This document shows, in pieces, positions 1-13,400 of a DNA stretch of 64,000 nucleotides. Numbering within the stretch: position 1 is the stretch's first letter; every line of letters starts with the position of its first letter. Position numbers and translations under genes: made by a program. Origin of the DNA: Ramazzottius varieornatus (lineage: Eukaryota; Animalia; Tardigrada); the NCBI GenBank assembly GCA_001949185.1, contig BDGG01000008.1, positions 1,900,761 to 1,964,760 of the forward strand. The letters run 5' to 3'. A model generated the notes under the pieces. It did not search any database and was not told where the DNA came from. It saw only the letters and a program-made list of their open reading frames with translations.

Positions 1-2363
1 GAGCTCTGATGGAGGATCACCTGTTGTCCGACGATTCTCTGGAGGAAAGCGGAGATGAAAGAGTTGCCGAAAATGCCGTCCAGGAGCGGAGAAAGTCCAG
101 CGGAAAGATGCCTGTCAAAAGGAGATCTGTTCTGCCTTCTGAGATTCAGCTTAAAGCTAGGTACATTTACCAAACTGCGTACCTGTGATTAGAGCTCTAA
201 CTAATCAGCGCCGATATTTACTGTACGATTTGGTTACAGAAGTATGCCGGTTGAAGGAGTGGCGAATATGGTTAAGAACGACACATTCGTCTTACGAGCA
301 GAAAGTTTTGGTAGCCGAAAGGGAGCTCCGTTCTGGGACACAATGAGACGCGTTGTGGATAAAGAGTCCGAAGATAGGCTCGACTTTGTATGCTGTAGTA
401 GATGTAAGCAAGTGTGGAAGCATGACAGAACTGTGAATACTGATGCCCTTCATCGGCATGTCTCGAAATGTGGCGTCAAGGCGAACCAGTCCAAGATTAC
501 TGGCTACCTTAAGTCACACAAGCTGCCCCTGGCCGCAAAGCAAGAAATGTCCCGAGTATGTGCTCGATACTGCGCAGTGGATGGAAGGAGCTTCGAAGAA
601 GTGGCTGGAACCGGATTTAGAGCTCTAATAGATACCGTAATCGATGTTACGATGAAATATAGCCCCGCTGGAAAGCCCACTGCTCGCGACATGCTGCCCG
701 ACCCAACTACAGTGAGCCAGTACGTCGGAAAAGAAAGCAAAGCCATCAGGGAGCCTCTCGTGGAGGAAGTCAAACCCATCCTACGACTTCGCGGTGGAGG
801 CATAACGCTTGACTTTTGGGAAGAAGAGTACACTAAAGTGTCGTACTTAGGTATGAGGAACTGTTAATTGTTTTTGGGCAGCAGGATTACACCATTTGCA
901 GTCTGTATGAGTGGCATAGGGCTTTCGTTTTTGCAGGCTGTACTGTGCACTATATGTTCGGCGGATCGGAGCTCCGGGAAAGACTACTTTTGTGTAGCGA
1001 ATGGGACACCGTGGACAGAAAGACGGACGCGGCTGTACAGTTCATTTTTAGCAAACTGCGAGAAATCGGCTTGTGTGAGGAAGATCTGAAGCTGTGCACC
1101 TTTGTTACGGATCAAGGCGGAAACATGAAAGTAGCTGTTCGTAACTCGGGCTTCGAGCGCATCAACTGCGCCGGACATCTTCTTAACACCTGTTCGCAAA
1201 ACTGCCTCAAATCCAACCCGAAAAGTCAGCATCCCATGCCTGCAGAAGCCTTACCAGTTTCTGCTTTAGTTAACCAGGTCAAGTCCCTCGTTACACACTG
1301 TAAGCAAGGTGGTATCAGTCGGCAGCTTAAAACAATGTTGAAGCAACACTGCGAAACCCGGTAAGGCCGAACCAAGGCCATGATATTAGAGCTCCAATTC
1401 ATGTTTCCAACACCTAGTATGAACTGGAATTTATTTTTAGGTGGAACACCCACGTCGAAATGTTTGCTTCAGTTCTGGCTGTCTACGAGCAGCTTGAAGA
1501 CATCCTTGCTGAGCGAAAGGAGTCTCATCTTTTGCCGAGTAGGCAGAAAATGCAAGAGTTTTACGACCTGTTTGAGCCTGTACGGGATGCTACATTCCTT
1601 CTTTCGGCTTCGAAACGTCCAACAATTCATCTCGTGGTTCCAGCGTATCCCGAACTGAAGCGCCACTTCAAGGATCAGGTGCCGTCTGACTTTCCGGAAA
1701 TTAGAGCCTTCCAGAAACATGTCGAAAACGTTTTCAACAAGGAGCTCGAGATTGATGAGCTTCATAGAGTGGCCGTCTTTCTGGATCCCTCCATGAAGCA
1801 CCTTCAGTTCCTAACTGCGACTGAACGAGTAGCTGTTCTCAAGCGAGCGATGGAAGAAGTGCAGAAACTTCCACAGCCAGAAAAGACAGGAGCTCCGATA
1901 GTAGAAGGTAAAAGCCATTATGCCGCGCACTGAGTCACGCATTTCGTTAAAAACTACATAGCGAAAAAAGGAGAGCTCTAATTTGTCAATACTTCTCACT
2001 GTAACATTTGGACATCAAATCTAACCTGAACAGTGATCAGTGCAGGAGAATGGCTTTTACTATTTGACTGTCGCAGTAGCTTCAAGAGGCAGTAGCAAGT
2101 TCAACGTGAAAGCCTTGGCCAAGTATTCTGCCGACAATCCCATCGGAAACGAAGTCGAGCGCTATGCGAGTCTGCCCAGTCCTCCCGAAGACCAAGATGT
2201 CCTTAGCTTTTGGACAGAGAAAGAGAATGACTTTCCTCGTTTGAAGTGCTATGCGCTGCGAATCCTTTCTGTATCTGCCACTAGCACACCTTCCGAACGT
2301 TTGTCTAGCAGATCTGGAACTGCTGTATCGGAGAAGCGTACAAATTTAGCTCCTCAAGTTTAA
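1..2363 (+). CDS. hAT-family DNA transposase, spliced, 5'-partial, probably with a C-terminal frameshift
   Basis: Exons ..160, 240-850, 937-1360, 1441-1907 and 2077-2363 join in frame over GT-AG introns. BED finger (CSRC...LHRHVSKC), catalytic ITLDFW and VTDQGGNM, CAGH, ETRWNT across a splice junction, and hAT dimerization domain FW...FPRLK..ALRILSVSATSTPSER. Confidence 0.9.
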
Positions 2364-2575
2364 GCGATCTCACGGTTGTCCAGTCTAATTTTGTATTTGG
2401 GAATTTTAAGTTCGAAATTGAACCGCAACGCAGTTGCCTCGCACGTACAGTAAGGTGCAACGCAGCTGCACTGTCGGTCCAGTCCAGATTCACGCAGCGC
2501 AGCGCAGTTGCCGAGTACCAGAAAAGGGCGCAGCGCAGATGCAGCGTACTTTTTGACCTGCGGCCTAGGTCTCTA
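1..2575 (+). mobile_element. hAT DNA transposon (right end; left end outside window)
   Basis: Transposase followed by GCAGC-rich subterminal repeats (2425-2548) and a terminus GCGGCCTAGGTCTCTA (reverse complement TAGAGACCTAGGCCGC, a hAT-type TAG start). The matching TIR and TSD cannot be seen. Confidence 0.75.
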
Positions 2576-2579
2576 CCTC

Positions 2580-5500
2580 CTAGAACGTTTCAGCTTTTGC
2601 ATATCAATGTGGTTCTGTGCTCATGTTGATGGGCAGGTTTACTGGCCTGTTTACTAATGGAGAGTAATCCAGCTGGGAGAGCGTTGTTAGTGAAGCGTGT
2701 TCTGGATTCACCCAAGGTAAGTCTACAACGACCGGCCATTCTTCTTTCGACATTGAAGCTGCCAGCTGAACGTCTGCCGCTTCAGGTTCTGCATCGTCAC
2801 TGCAGGTGAGAGGGGAGTTCCCTTTCCGCATCTTTTGGGCGTTCTATGTCGGTGGAGTTAGCCGAATCCAGGTAGGAAGGACATCTTTCCGCTGCGCAAC
2901 GGCTTTGATCAACTCGCCGAACTCGCGCAAAATGGACAGTCTCAACATGGGCTGGTGCGTCACCTAGCATTTTTCTCTTGCAGGCCTTGAGGAAGTGATA
3001 CGTGGTTTACTACCCACCACAAAGCTCTGTTCCTGCCTCCTGGTCATCCTTAATCGGACAACTCTCACAAGCTCCCGGTGAACCGTAATTAGGAGTGGGA
3101 GGAAGACGTGAGATCTGCTTCATGTCTTTTCGGAAATTTCGTTTGGCTGATTGTTGATTGTCTAGAGTGATAAACAGCGGCACGGCCTTGGCCGCACACA
3201 TGTGTGCAAAACAAGGCCGTGCCCAGTTCAACACAGCCTGTCAACCCGACAAAGCTTCGACCCGGATCGTTTTCTTGGTTGAACGTGGCAGTCTATCCTG
3301 TTTATCTTGTTAACAGCTAAACCGTTTCGTCTTTGTTTCTACAGGGTGCTTTGGGGATGGATGGAGGATGTGTAGAAAACCGGAAAGGGAACTCCCAACC
3401 TGACTCACGGGTAAGTCAATGCCTGATGCTCCCAGTCCCCTGATGATAAGACGATCTTCGCTCAACGACAGGCTTGTTCTAGGTCGCGTATTCGGCACAT
3501 GGGAACATCTAATAAAGACTGGAACACCGTCAGCGTCGTCGGAGCCAACGAGTATCCCTTCGCTGAACTGCAGAACGTTCCCGTGTTTTCTTTAGTGTTT
3601 CTTTTGTCGACGCGACACTGTTTCCCTGGACGTCTGGTATCCTTTGAGCTTGATTTTGGTCTGTTGATTTCAGTGTCCTGTTTTGAAATTGCTGTGTTCT
3701 ATTTTCCAGAAACTAGGGTTGCTTTCGCTTGGATTTTTTTCGAAACCGAAACTTTTTTACGCTGTTGTCTAAGCAGAATTTCGCCTCAGCTTCGTCTGGG
3801 CTCTGAATAAAACAACGACTGAACTTCGACCGAGTTTCGACTAAGCTTCGTATCAGCTCCGGCTGAGTCATTAAAAGCCCCCCGCGAATGTAGGAGCTGA
3901 GGCGAAGTATAAAATGGAAAATCCTTCGCCTCAGTACGACACACCGCTGGGAATTTCTGGATAGGGAGCTTCCGGGTTCTGCGTGGTACCTCGCCCAACG
4001 AAAGCAACTGTTTGCGTTATGTAGGACTATACGACTACAGCGCCACCTCAGAATCGCTTCGGTTAAAAAGGGATGCAAGCCGCTATTAATTTCTGGAAAA
4101 TTTATGTTTTCCAGGGGGTTTCTACCCAGTTTGACCACATATCCTTGTCAAGTGGTTTCTGTCCGGCGAGCCAGCTTCGGGCCAGCCATAGGTCGTGCAA
4201 TGGTAGCTCCGAACCATGAGAAGGAAGCATCCGTACCGATCCTGTAGACTCGTCGAGCCTTGCCGCAAGAGTAAGGACATAGACCATGGAAGAGAGGCAC
4301 AATTTTGGCCCACCAGTGAAGCTCACTCTGTAAAACTGTCGAGATACGTGGCCGGTGCGTGTCTTCTTCTAGTTCGTTCCGTTAAGGAAGATACCAGTGA
4401 GGGTCCGTGCGCCGTGTACTGCTCTGCCGGCAAGCGTCAAGTGCCCGCAAAAGACGCCTTGTACCGCTCTGGCCGTCGCGTAGCCATTTGAAGTGCCCGC
4501 TGACTGAGGTTTTCGACTTTGTCTTCGGGAAGTTCCGCTTTTTGCTTCACGCAGTCGATTATCGACCCCAGAAATCTGGCTCTCGTGGTCGGAGATATCT
4601 TTATATCCTAATTAACGGAGAACCCCAGTATACCTAGCAAATGAATGAAGGTGGTCTGAGCACAGCTACAGTCTTCATGCTCGTTACCGCTAATTAGGAA
4701 ATCGTCCAGGGAGCAAACTACCAAAATGGACCGACGCAGTAGCATGCATACAACAGCGCTTGAAATCCGGTGGAAAATGCCTGGTTCGCATTCCAGCCCA
4801 AAGAACGAAAAATTGTCTACCAAGAAGTGTTCAGTTTCTCCGAAGGACCACCGTAATCCTTGTAACTGTCTATGTGTAGGAAAATTAGGAACATGTCTGT
4901 GTGCCGGTTTTGAGTCTACAATTGCATAAAAAGAATTTGGTGAGCTCAGCTTTACTGCGTCGTCGACAGATTGAAAACACACCTTGTTAGTGTTAATGTA
5001 GCTGTTCAGTGAGTTATCTTCCGGCATACTGGAGTCAGTGATCCGTCGAAACTTGTTGGCGCCTTTCTTCTTGACCGCACCGACAGTTTGTGTTAGGTGT
5101 GGTTGAAACTCCTGTATTGTGAGTTTGCCGTTCCCAACCTCCTCCCTGAAAAGTAAATGAGCTTGGGTTTCTCCTGTTCTATCAGTGTGCTGGCGTAATT
5201 CTTACTGTCGTCCGGTGAGACCAAAGCAATGCCAACTATTTGAAAGCCGTAAGCCAGCAGTAAGCCGGCAAGGATGGAGTTTTTATCAGGGTTGTGCTTG
5301 AGTTCTCCCTGCCATGTTGAGAAGTGCCTTGTGAGAGGGCAACGAGTGACAAGATCAGGGTCAATGTCGAAAATTACGTTTGAGTTGAGAGAGGTCATAT
5401 TTTGGAAGAAGGCATAAAGGCAAACGGATCTGTGACATTAGTGACAAAAAAAAGTGGTAAAAAGGCCGTGGACAACGAGCTGAGGGTTCAAGGAAATGGG

Positions 5501-7000
5501 AGACACATTGTTTGGTTGTTCAACAAAAACAAGGCAAAGTGAATAACAGGTCGTAAATCCGAAGACAAATTCAGTGAGCTAGCCAACCATACCAAATGCA
5601 AAGGGATAAGCAGGAAAGCTATGTCAGTAGGCTGTGAGTGTGGTCATGACAGCGCTGATAAGGGGAGGAAATAAACGAACTAGTGTCCAAAGAGTGCCGC
5701 CTGCCACGTGTGACCCCCCCCCCCCGTTAGTCGATCCCTGTGCAGTCAATCGCCAGTTCCATCGCAGTGATTAATCTGGTGCTTTTTGCCACAACAGCGA
5801 TATCCGTGGATGTACTGGCACTTGGCTACGTAAGGACAGTCGTTTCTGTTGTTATAGCGGTTGCAGTACTGTGGTCGGCCGCCTTGTGTGTTGGGTCTTC
5901 CATTGTCACGAGGTCCTGGGCGGTCTCCTGGCCTGTTGTTCGTGTAGTTTCGGCTTGCAGTGCTGAGGCTGAAGAAGGCACACGAATTGTATTGGTTTGC
6001 GGAAACGAAAAACTGTGATGCAATCTGGTCGCGAAGTGCTTGATCTTTGAAGGACTTGCGGTAAAGTCATGTTGCGCCGATGTTCGTCGTCGAAAAGGAG
6101 GACCGACTGAATCAGGTTGTCTTTTCGTGGGATGAACAAGTAATGCTAATAGTCCAGATACTCTGCCAGTATTTCCCTGTGTCTGGGTGAATGTCCGAGA
6201 TCTGATGCCCACTGAAGACTTCGGGCCATGAGTTCATCGTACTTGAGATCTAGAGAGGGAGTTTGCTTTTTGGCTTGCCGTCCAGGCCCAGCCGTGCCTT
6301 GGCCATGACAAACGTACGAGGTCCTGGAAGGTTGCGTGCCTCCAGTGGCATGTCATCATTGGGCGCCGATTTGCTTATTCTCACTCTTATTAGAAAGGTA
6401 CTCACATTGTCTGTCTTCGTCGCTGCTGCTGCTGCTGCTGCTAGGAGTGTGGGATCGACGCTTGCTAGTTGATTCCGTTGGACGACGGCGCTTGGCAGAA
6501 TGTTCCCGATGAATAACTGCTGGTTCGTCGCTTTGGGATACAGTGCGGCCACTGTTGTTGGCGGTGGTGGTCAGGTTATTAGGGATTGTATCTGAAGTTG
6601 CAAAAAGAAAAGCGGTCAACTTCAGCCGATCACATGTGGCTTTCACGATGTTAGCCATGGTGGTCCCGGAATTCTGAGTCTTGAAGAGAGCTCCAAGACC
6701 TTCACAGTGGTGAAGGCTTCTTTGGTCAGCGCACCCACCGTGGCTTGGCTCAGCTTTAGCTGATCGGCGAGTTCCGCAATGGTCAGTGCTTCGTCGGTCT
6801 CCAAGTCATCTTCAGAGTCGGAGAGGTCCTACAGGGACTTAGTATGTTCGCCGTGAAGTACTCGAATAACCGATCGCCGAGTTGTTCCTTCAGTCCTTTG
6901 GTCTCGAGTCCAGCCGTTCATAGCTTACGGTAGAGCGCCGAGACCTTCAGCTTTGTCAGAGCAGTCTTGGAGACAGGCAAGGCTATTGGAGTATGAGACC
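2580..7000 (-). mobile_element. Degenerate Ngaro/DIRS-type tyrosine-recombinase retrotransposon
   Basis: Minus-strand order: gag-like ORF (SAP-like motif ~6980-6860, FDDEHRR, CCCH finger CNRYNNRNDCPYVAKCQYIH ~5866-5807), RT (FGLECEPGIF...SLDDFLI, 4608-5027), ELHWWAKIVPLFHG and RNase H remnants (3800-4330), and weak recombinase-like remnants below ~3500. Many stops and frameshifts; boundaries approximate. Confidence 0.75.
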
Positions 7001-7433
7001 TGTGAAACCTAAACTAACAAAGATACCCAACGATACCAAGAAAATTCAAAGCAGCGCACAGCAGCCACAAAAGTGCAAACTAAAAGTGCCAAGGTGGAAG
7101 ACATTCATATATATACTACTCGTACAGAAAGGGGTAGAAGAGTGGGAGTGGCTGCTGGACGGTGATCAGCGACGACAGATGGCATCATAATCGGAGCTGT
7201 GCGCTAATCATACTCAGATCTTGCTTCGCATAATCTTGTTCCACAAAGAAACTATTGTAAGTCAATTCTGCGCCTGTGAGTGCTTGCTCACAGAAACAGC
7301 AGCCCAGGGCTGTTGAAAGTGTATTCAGCAGTTGTCTTGCACAATTTGTCTTACAGTAGCTGAGTTTCGCATCACAGAAAAGACATATTTTTCGGGAGAA
7401 AATCAAGAACAAGGAAACCGGTAGTTGTGTTTG

Positions 7434-10400
7434 CTAGTATTCCACCACGGAAGACCGAACGCTTTCCTCTTTCGCCGGGAAGAATAGCTCTTTTACATTC
7501 AACGCCCACCATAACCCTTCTACGCCGTCGTCTCCATGCCGTTTCCTGTGATTTAAGGCAGTAGTTTGCGTTTACCGCTGCGGGATTGTCGGAAGTTACG
7601 ACTGTGGCTTACTTGAGGCAATAACGAGCAAGGATAATAATCGGAACCACCAGTCCGGCCAGAACTCCGACTATCGTTCCGACCGACGAGAATGAACCTG
7701 TCAGCAGCCACACGGTCAGTACTTTTCAAAGCTTTCTATAGGACTTTCATCTCAAGTTCAGCTAAGGTTCGGAGTTACTTAAGGTGTCGCAGAACTGTCC
7801 GTTATATCCACATGCTGGTCGATCGAGCGGAGGCATGCCACCGGATAAAGGCCAGTCCATGGCCATGGAAGATGTCTCCCTTAATACTTTGGTTCCAGCG
7901 TAGTACCGCCATGCTTCCTGCAAGAAGAAAACGCCGTAATCAAACGATCAGCGATAGGATTCGCTAAGACTTGACAATTTTCACAATATACCTCCAACGC
8001 ACCAGAAGATGCGTTAAGACGCGAAAACAACACGTCGTCGATCCGCATACCTTGAACGCAACAAACAAGGATCAAGCAACTACATGCACCTGCACAGGTT
8101 CTTGCTGTCAGAGTACCGTAGGGTCCTATCGTCAGATTTCGGGAGCGAAACTGGAAGGTCCTGTTCCAAAAGAGCCTGGCGTATCGTCGACCATCAAGGT
8201 CGGAGACATTAATGTTCTCCCGAAAGATCTGAAGACAGACAGCTGGTGATATCGGGTATCGAAATGATACAAGGTAGAACAAGATTCCATGTACCTGGGC
8301 GGACGCAAACAAAGCTTCGTAGGCCGAAAGTGCATACTCGTTGTACTACATTAAGATGAAGGGGGCGCCAGTGCAAGGTCAGTAATCTTTTGTGCACACA
8401 AAAAAATTGAGTTCTGGAATCTCTTTGCTCACTTACTTTTTGGTCCTCCGTGTAGGTCGTATTGAACCGTGTTTCCGCTACATCAGCAATATCTTCTATC
8501 CATTCCGCGATATCGTCCCAGTTGGGGTCCTCATTGACGTATATAATCAGACTTTTGAATGCTTCGAATGCCATCTGCAACAAATAATGACGTCCCAACA
8601 CGATAAATTGGAGAACGACGAGACGGAGTGACGAGCCGAGCACGCCGGTACCTCGTCTCTCCCATCGTCAAATTTCCAAGCGACACGTCCTCTCGTAGGA
8701 ACCATGGTAATCATCCCAGCCAGAAACACGTATTCGCCTTTCGTCATACCGAGCGTATGAGCGGTCAACTGAAATCATCGGAAAAGTATCAGTTATATGT
8801 GTGAATTACAGTATATTACGGTAGTGCCGATTATCTACGCACCATCATATCGCGCATTATTTTTGGGTGGGTCATCAACACAATGACTAAAAAGTAAGCA
8901 ATGTCCCTCAATGTTATCCGAGAGACAACTAGTCGAAAAGGGATCACTTACCTCTGCTTTGGGTTTTCGCTCGCTTCAGAAATGGCGTGTAGTTGGATGT
9001 CAATTTGGAATCAAAATCCGAGTTGTAAAAGTTGTACTTGGTCAGTTGTCTCGACTGGATTAAGCGAAGGTTGGCGCACGCAAGAGCGAAAAAGGCGTTG
9101 AGACCTGGATACTGGTTCATAGAGTCGCAAATGGTTGTTACGGTTCTCCAGCCGAAACGATCCAGGATGGCTAAAAGGGCTCCTGGCATGCTCGTGTGAT
9201 CAGTGCCGGCAGTGGTTACAGTTGTTGGATAGCGCTGCTTATTCGTAATCCTAGAGTCGCCCGCAGTGCTAGAAATAATGCGTCGTGTTCACCCCATGCG
9301 TTTGTCACTGCGGTTGTTTCATCGTATCTCCCTCTCCCAGCGTCCGATACCGAAAACTCGAAGCCACCTTGTAACAATAGCCTCAGGGCTCAGGCCATTC
9401 AACGACAGCGAGGTACTGGCAGCCCTTCAGTCCATCAACCGGTCAGTAGTGATCGTTCGGACAAGGAAATGAGCGTTGCCTTTGGCTGGCGGTCTCCCGT
9501 CACGTGACAGGTCCCTGGCAAAGCCCAAACCTCCAAAATGTAGTGGAATGATCGCTGTATCGACACCACCAAAGAAGAATTCCAGTAAACTTCTCTAACA
9601 AAGGTTCATCATATCGGCTCTCCACGAGACTTTGCGACATGTTCTGGGGACGAAAAACTTTCATGTTGACCATCATCAGTCGCTCCTCGTTGGATTCACG
9701 TGAAACAAGTATTTGCAGACAGTTCGAGATTTATTTTTTTGACTGAACACATTGTAGTGTTAAAAGGTTCCAAGATAAGCAAGACGAGAAAGATAAACTT
9801 GCTTGTGATCGAAAACGTGCGCTCGACAGCTGACATGGAAAAGGTTTGTTACACAATTTTCACGGAGATCTCTTCAACACTTGAAAGACCAAGAGGGTAC
9901 CCCGGTTGCCCGGCGCACAATGAATACCTTGCGGAATGGTTTTTTTCGATCTTTTCCTCTCAGATTTTTACCTTTGTTTCCAGAAACTTTGTTTTTACTG
10001 GTTCAAGAAGAGGGGCACTGGCTAGCAGCGTTCAGGTAATTTCTGAAACGTTTCTCGTTTTTGACCAGAATTCGTCTTGAGTCGACAGATCAAATTTTTA
10101 CTCAAAGACCTGGCTGACGAAAAGCCTCCGTAAACAGGGAACAAAGCAGGTACTTTGATGCAGTCTCAGAAGCATCTTCAATGCCTCGTATACTGGGGCC
10201 AGTGGTCAGAGCAGAATCGAGTAAGCCTGGCACTTCGACTCATCAGGTGGCGTATTTTACCCAAAAAGTGCAAGCGTAAATGTGGTAATTAGCTCCATCT
10301 GATCCCGCTTCATGACTTCAGGCAGTTAAAAAGTGGGGCAGGTGATTTATCCCTCCCCCTTGTACTCCGAGACCCGGAATTGCGTGTTCTTTTAAGTGTT

Positions 10401-13400
10401 GAGTGATGTCGATGCAGCGATCGTTCTGCTAGACTGCTACATTCTGGATTTTCGAGCTTTGCCAGGAGCCTGTCACGCGATGGGAGACTGGCAGCCAAAG
10501 GCAACGTTTAGTTTCCTATCCGAACTATCACTTCTCACCGGTCGACTGACTGCAGGGCTGGCCGCACCGCCACGTAGTCGAACACCCTGTGGTCGTCGCC
10601 ACAAGACAGCTTTTCAGTTCAAAAGATCGGATGCGGGGATCCGAAGACACGATAAAGCAAACGGCGTCCATGGGATGCTCATGACCAGCCCCGTGACGTC
10701 GTTGGCAAAAACGAACCATTTTACCTCGAGAATATCGGTATATTCCATTCTGCAACGCATAATCTGACGCACATCTATTCGTGGTAGCAGACCAAAGAGG
10801 AAGTCGCTGTTTCGAAGTGTGAACTTACCTCTTGCGAAATCGCCCAGCATCATTGTCTCGGTGCTGCAACCTGCAAAAAGTGCACCAGATAACACTGCAC
10901 CGGTTAGAGTTCTAAAAGTACGTTGGATCTGCGCTGCTTAAGGTACAGTATGCTGGGCGCTGCGCTACATGTTCAGGCCATGGATGCCGCTTGCCATACG
11001 AAGTTCGTGCCATGATCCTAGGAGGGGTGCACCCCCACTCCAAAGACAGATGATCCCTAAAATGAAATTTGGGACCCCAAGCAGAAAATCATTGGTGGAC
11101 CCCTGAGTTTCACCGCCACTTGTCAAGGGTGCACCTCCTACTGGGGAATCATGGCACGAACTTTTTGACTGTCGGCATCCATGGTGCAGGCTAGTTTGAC
11201 CAATAAACCGGACAAATTATACGATCTAGTTAGCGGTTTTTGAGCACAGGTCGGTAAACGCAGTGGGGAACACGAAAACAATTGGGGGTTATGGGGTCGC
11301 TACCCTGAACTGTCACATTCTTTACGGCTATTGCGCGACGTTAGTTAAGTGATTGCTGCACGCTGCACAAATTTCGAAACTTACGCTGCAACTATGCCGC
11401 CATACAGCACATCTGCAGCGCAGCGTACGCGGACAGATCCCGGTCGCAGTGGACTACCGGTACGCTATTTACCCACATTTACCCATGTTTACCTATATTT
11501 ACCCGTATTTACCCATATTCATTTGCCCATAACCTCCCTCGAAAGGTGTGGAATAAAAAACAAAATCAGCCTTCGCCTCGCCGTCGTGAATTATCGGATA
11601 AATCGATGATTCTGATCATAAATCACAATTGTACCCTACTCCTTGAACCCATAGGGGACGAGCTGTAGCTCTCACGTGACTGAAACCGCATCGAAAGCAA
11701 ACATTCCCAAATTGCAGCCCTAGGGCTAACTTTTGGTGGCCCATAACACTTCTACTGGTGACGTCATTGAGAAAACACACACTGGCACATGATAGGACCA
11801 CAACTTTGACACCAGTCATGACACAAGTGCAAGAACGAAGAACTTGAACTTCGCAAAACACCTCCCACACCCCGAAGCCTGCTAACCTGCATAACAAGCC
11901 ACCCAATAGCACTGACGCATTTCGCACAGCGGATGTATCACGACGACATCATTATGACCAATACTCTTCTCGAAACTCGAGGTAGCGCTTTTAATTATGT
12001 GAGAAAATGTGGAAGAAAAACTGCTGCTACATGGCGCCACTGTTTATCGACATGCGGTACTGTCGGATTCAATCATTATGGTACACGCACCATGAGAAAT
12101 TCCACGCCAGTAAAAATTACAAATCAGGCCTTTTCTGCTACGACGGTACGGAACCATGTACGCGACTAATTCACAGTAATGCCTTTCCGACACTTTTCTG
12201 ACAAGGGGATTATGTCCTGTCCCGACTTCCCGATACAGTCCCACCTGTAGGATGTGACAGTTCAAACGCCCGATTTCAGTTCCGGACGGTACGTGTGTAC
12301 ATGGGGCTGCTCGCTATGCTGTTCGCATGAGACCGCTCAGCTGATTAGACACGCGCTTGACTACTCGATCAAGACAAGCTATAACCGGACGTCGATCAGC
12401 TGATCGTGCTGCGCAGTGCATGGCCAGCACTGGCCGAAAGATAGAAAAGAGTCTCTTCTACAATCTGACGTAGGTAGCTGAATCCTGCGACGATCCTGGA
12501 ATGAACTACAGGACTGGGAAATGAAAGTCCATTGACCGCTCCAGTATGCCGCGATGACGTAAAGCTCTTTGATTGCGGGTGTTGATTGAAGACATTGAAA
12601 ACAAGCCGCTCAGCTGATCAACAGGATGACCGGACAGTGTGCCTACACTGGCTGAAGATGCCCGAGAGCACACCGTCCAGTCCGAATCTGACAGAACAGC
12701 TGATCGACTGAGTTGTTCAATCTGTTCAATCAGACTCCCAATCAAAAAGCTTACGTCACTGCTGTAGTTTAGGTTCGTCACTTCCAAATCCTGTAGTTTA
12801 TTGCAGGATCTTCAGGGGATTTAGCTCCCTGGCCCATAACAAAAAAGAGACTCTCTTCTATCGTTTCGCCGGGACGGTTTGACTATCGGGAAGTCGGGAC
12901 AGGCATAATCCCCTTCTAAGGTTGAATTTCTGTCTTGCCGTCTTTTCGCCTGGCCCAGTTTCCCGTCGTGCGTCCAGGCTCCGCGTGCGCGTACGGTTTT
13001 GCCTGAAATTTCTCATGGGTGGTCTTTTTCTGTCCGATTTATTCGATCGGTATCGAAGGCCAGCCAGCCGTCTATTTTGAGCAGTGCTGGCAAACGTACG
13101 ATACACCGATGTCGTAGCGAATATATACTGTAGATATCGATGCGACACGATATTGAAAAGATCTCGATATCGAAATATCGATATCGCGAAATAGCAAAAT
13201 TCGATACGATATCTGCTACTGGCGATATTTTCGGCAGCCTAAAATTTGGGTACACAACTGTTTTGACTCCGAACGACCCTTTACTGACTTGAACTTAGAG
13301 ACACTATCGAAGGGCATTTCGTGGTAAACTTGACGTGCCTCGCCGTGGCTCAAAATGTCAAAAACCTGTACGCCCTTCTGGGAAGATTTCCGAAAGATCT

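Noticed and set aside
6422-6442. (GCT)7 microsatellite / poly-Ala ORF
   Set aside because: Simple repeat inside the decayed retrotransposon gag region.
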